Source of the DNA: Octopus vulgaris | Taxonomy: Eukaryota | Direction of reading: 5' to 3' | NCBI GenBank assembly: GCA_951406725.2 | Contig: OX597821.1 | Location: 54,560,001-54,624,000 of the forward strand | Length of the DNA: 64,000 bases | Shown: piece after piece, positions 63,739-64,000 of the stretch | Layout: each line of letters starts with the position of its first letter | Numbering within the stretch: position 1 is the stretch's first letter | The notes under the pieces: model-generated | Told to the model about the DNA's origin: nothing | Seen by the model: the letters and a program-made list of their open reading frames with translations, nothing else | The model's database searches: none | Made by a program: the position numbers and the translations under genes

Positions 63739-64000
63739 AGCTTCAAAACACTGACTATTGATAATCCAGATATACCACCTTATCATCAGCTGCTCCTCAA
63801 CATTGGCTGCCCCACAACCAGAAACAAGGTTTCTAACCACCAATGCCTATGCAAACAGCATACTGATTCCACAGCCTTATGCCTCACCTTTAACCTATAC
63901 ATTCACCCCCATAAACGTGGTCTGTGTACCTAAACACATACATGTGCATCTATGTTCACACACACCTATATAGTTCTCTCTCTCTCTCTCTCTCTCTCAC

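Overview
AT-rich, microsatellite-dense animal genomic DNA, most likely an octopus (coleoid cephalopod). That assignment is inferred from the SINE/LINE families and the (TA)n/(CA)n/(GAT)n load, not from a database match. I could not support any intact protein-coding gene; nearly all ORF-track entries are microsatellite read-through or transposon debris, so the window looks intergenic or intronic. Repeats: several Tc1/mariner-superfamily elements with TIRs and TA target duplications, Helitron, hAT and piggyBac non-autonomous elements, RTE, R4/Dong-like and CR1 LINE 3' fragments, two Gypsy remnants and three SINE families. Signals these do not explain: (1) a near-intact type I hammerhead ribozyme at 360-442 inside a ~481-bp tandem unit, with five more decayed hammerhead-like motifs, most in inserts beside (TA)n tracts, suggesting a retrozyme/Penelope-like system; (2) a ~590-bp inverted duplication at 25.7-27.2 kb, roughly concentric with two inverted mariner copies that share an apparent gene-conversion tract; (3) a ~195-nt hairpin with G-U-biased mismatches at 31.05-31.24 kb; (4) a histone H4 pseudogene with an internal duplication, missed by the ORF track. 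All alignments were done by eye, so identities and boundaries are approximate.
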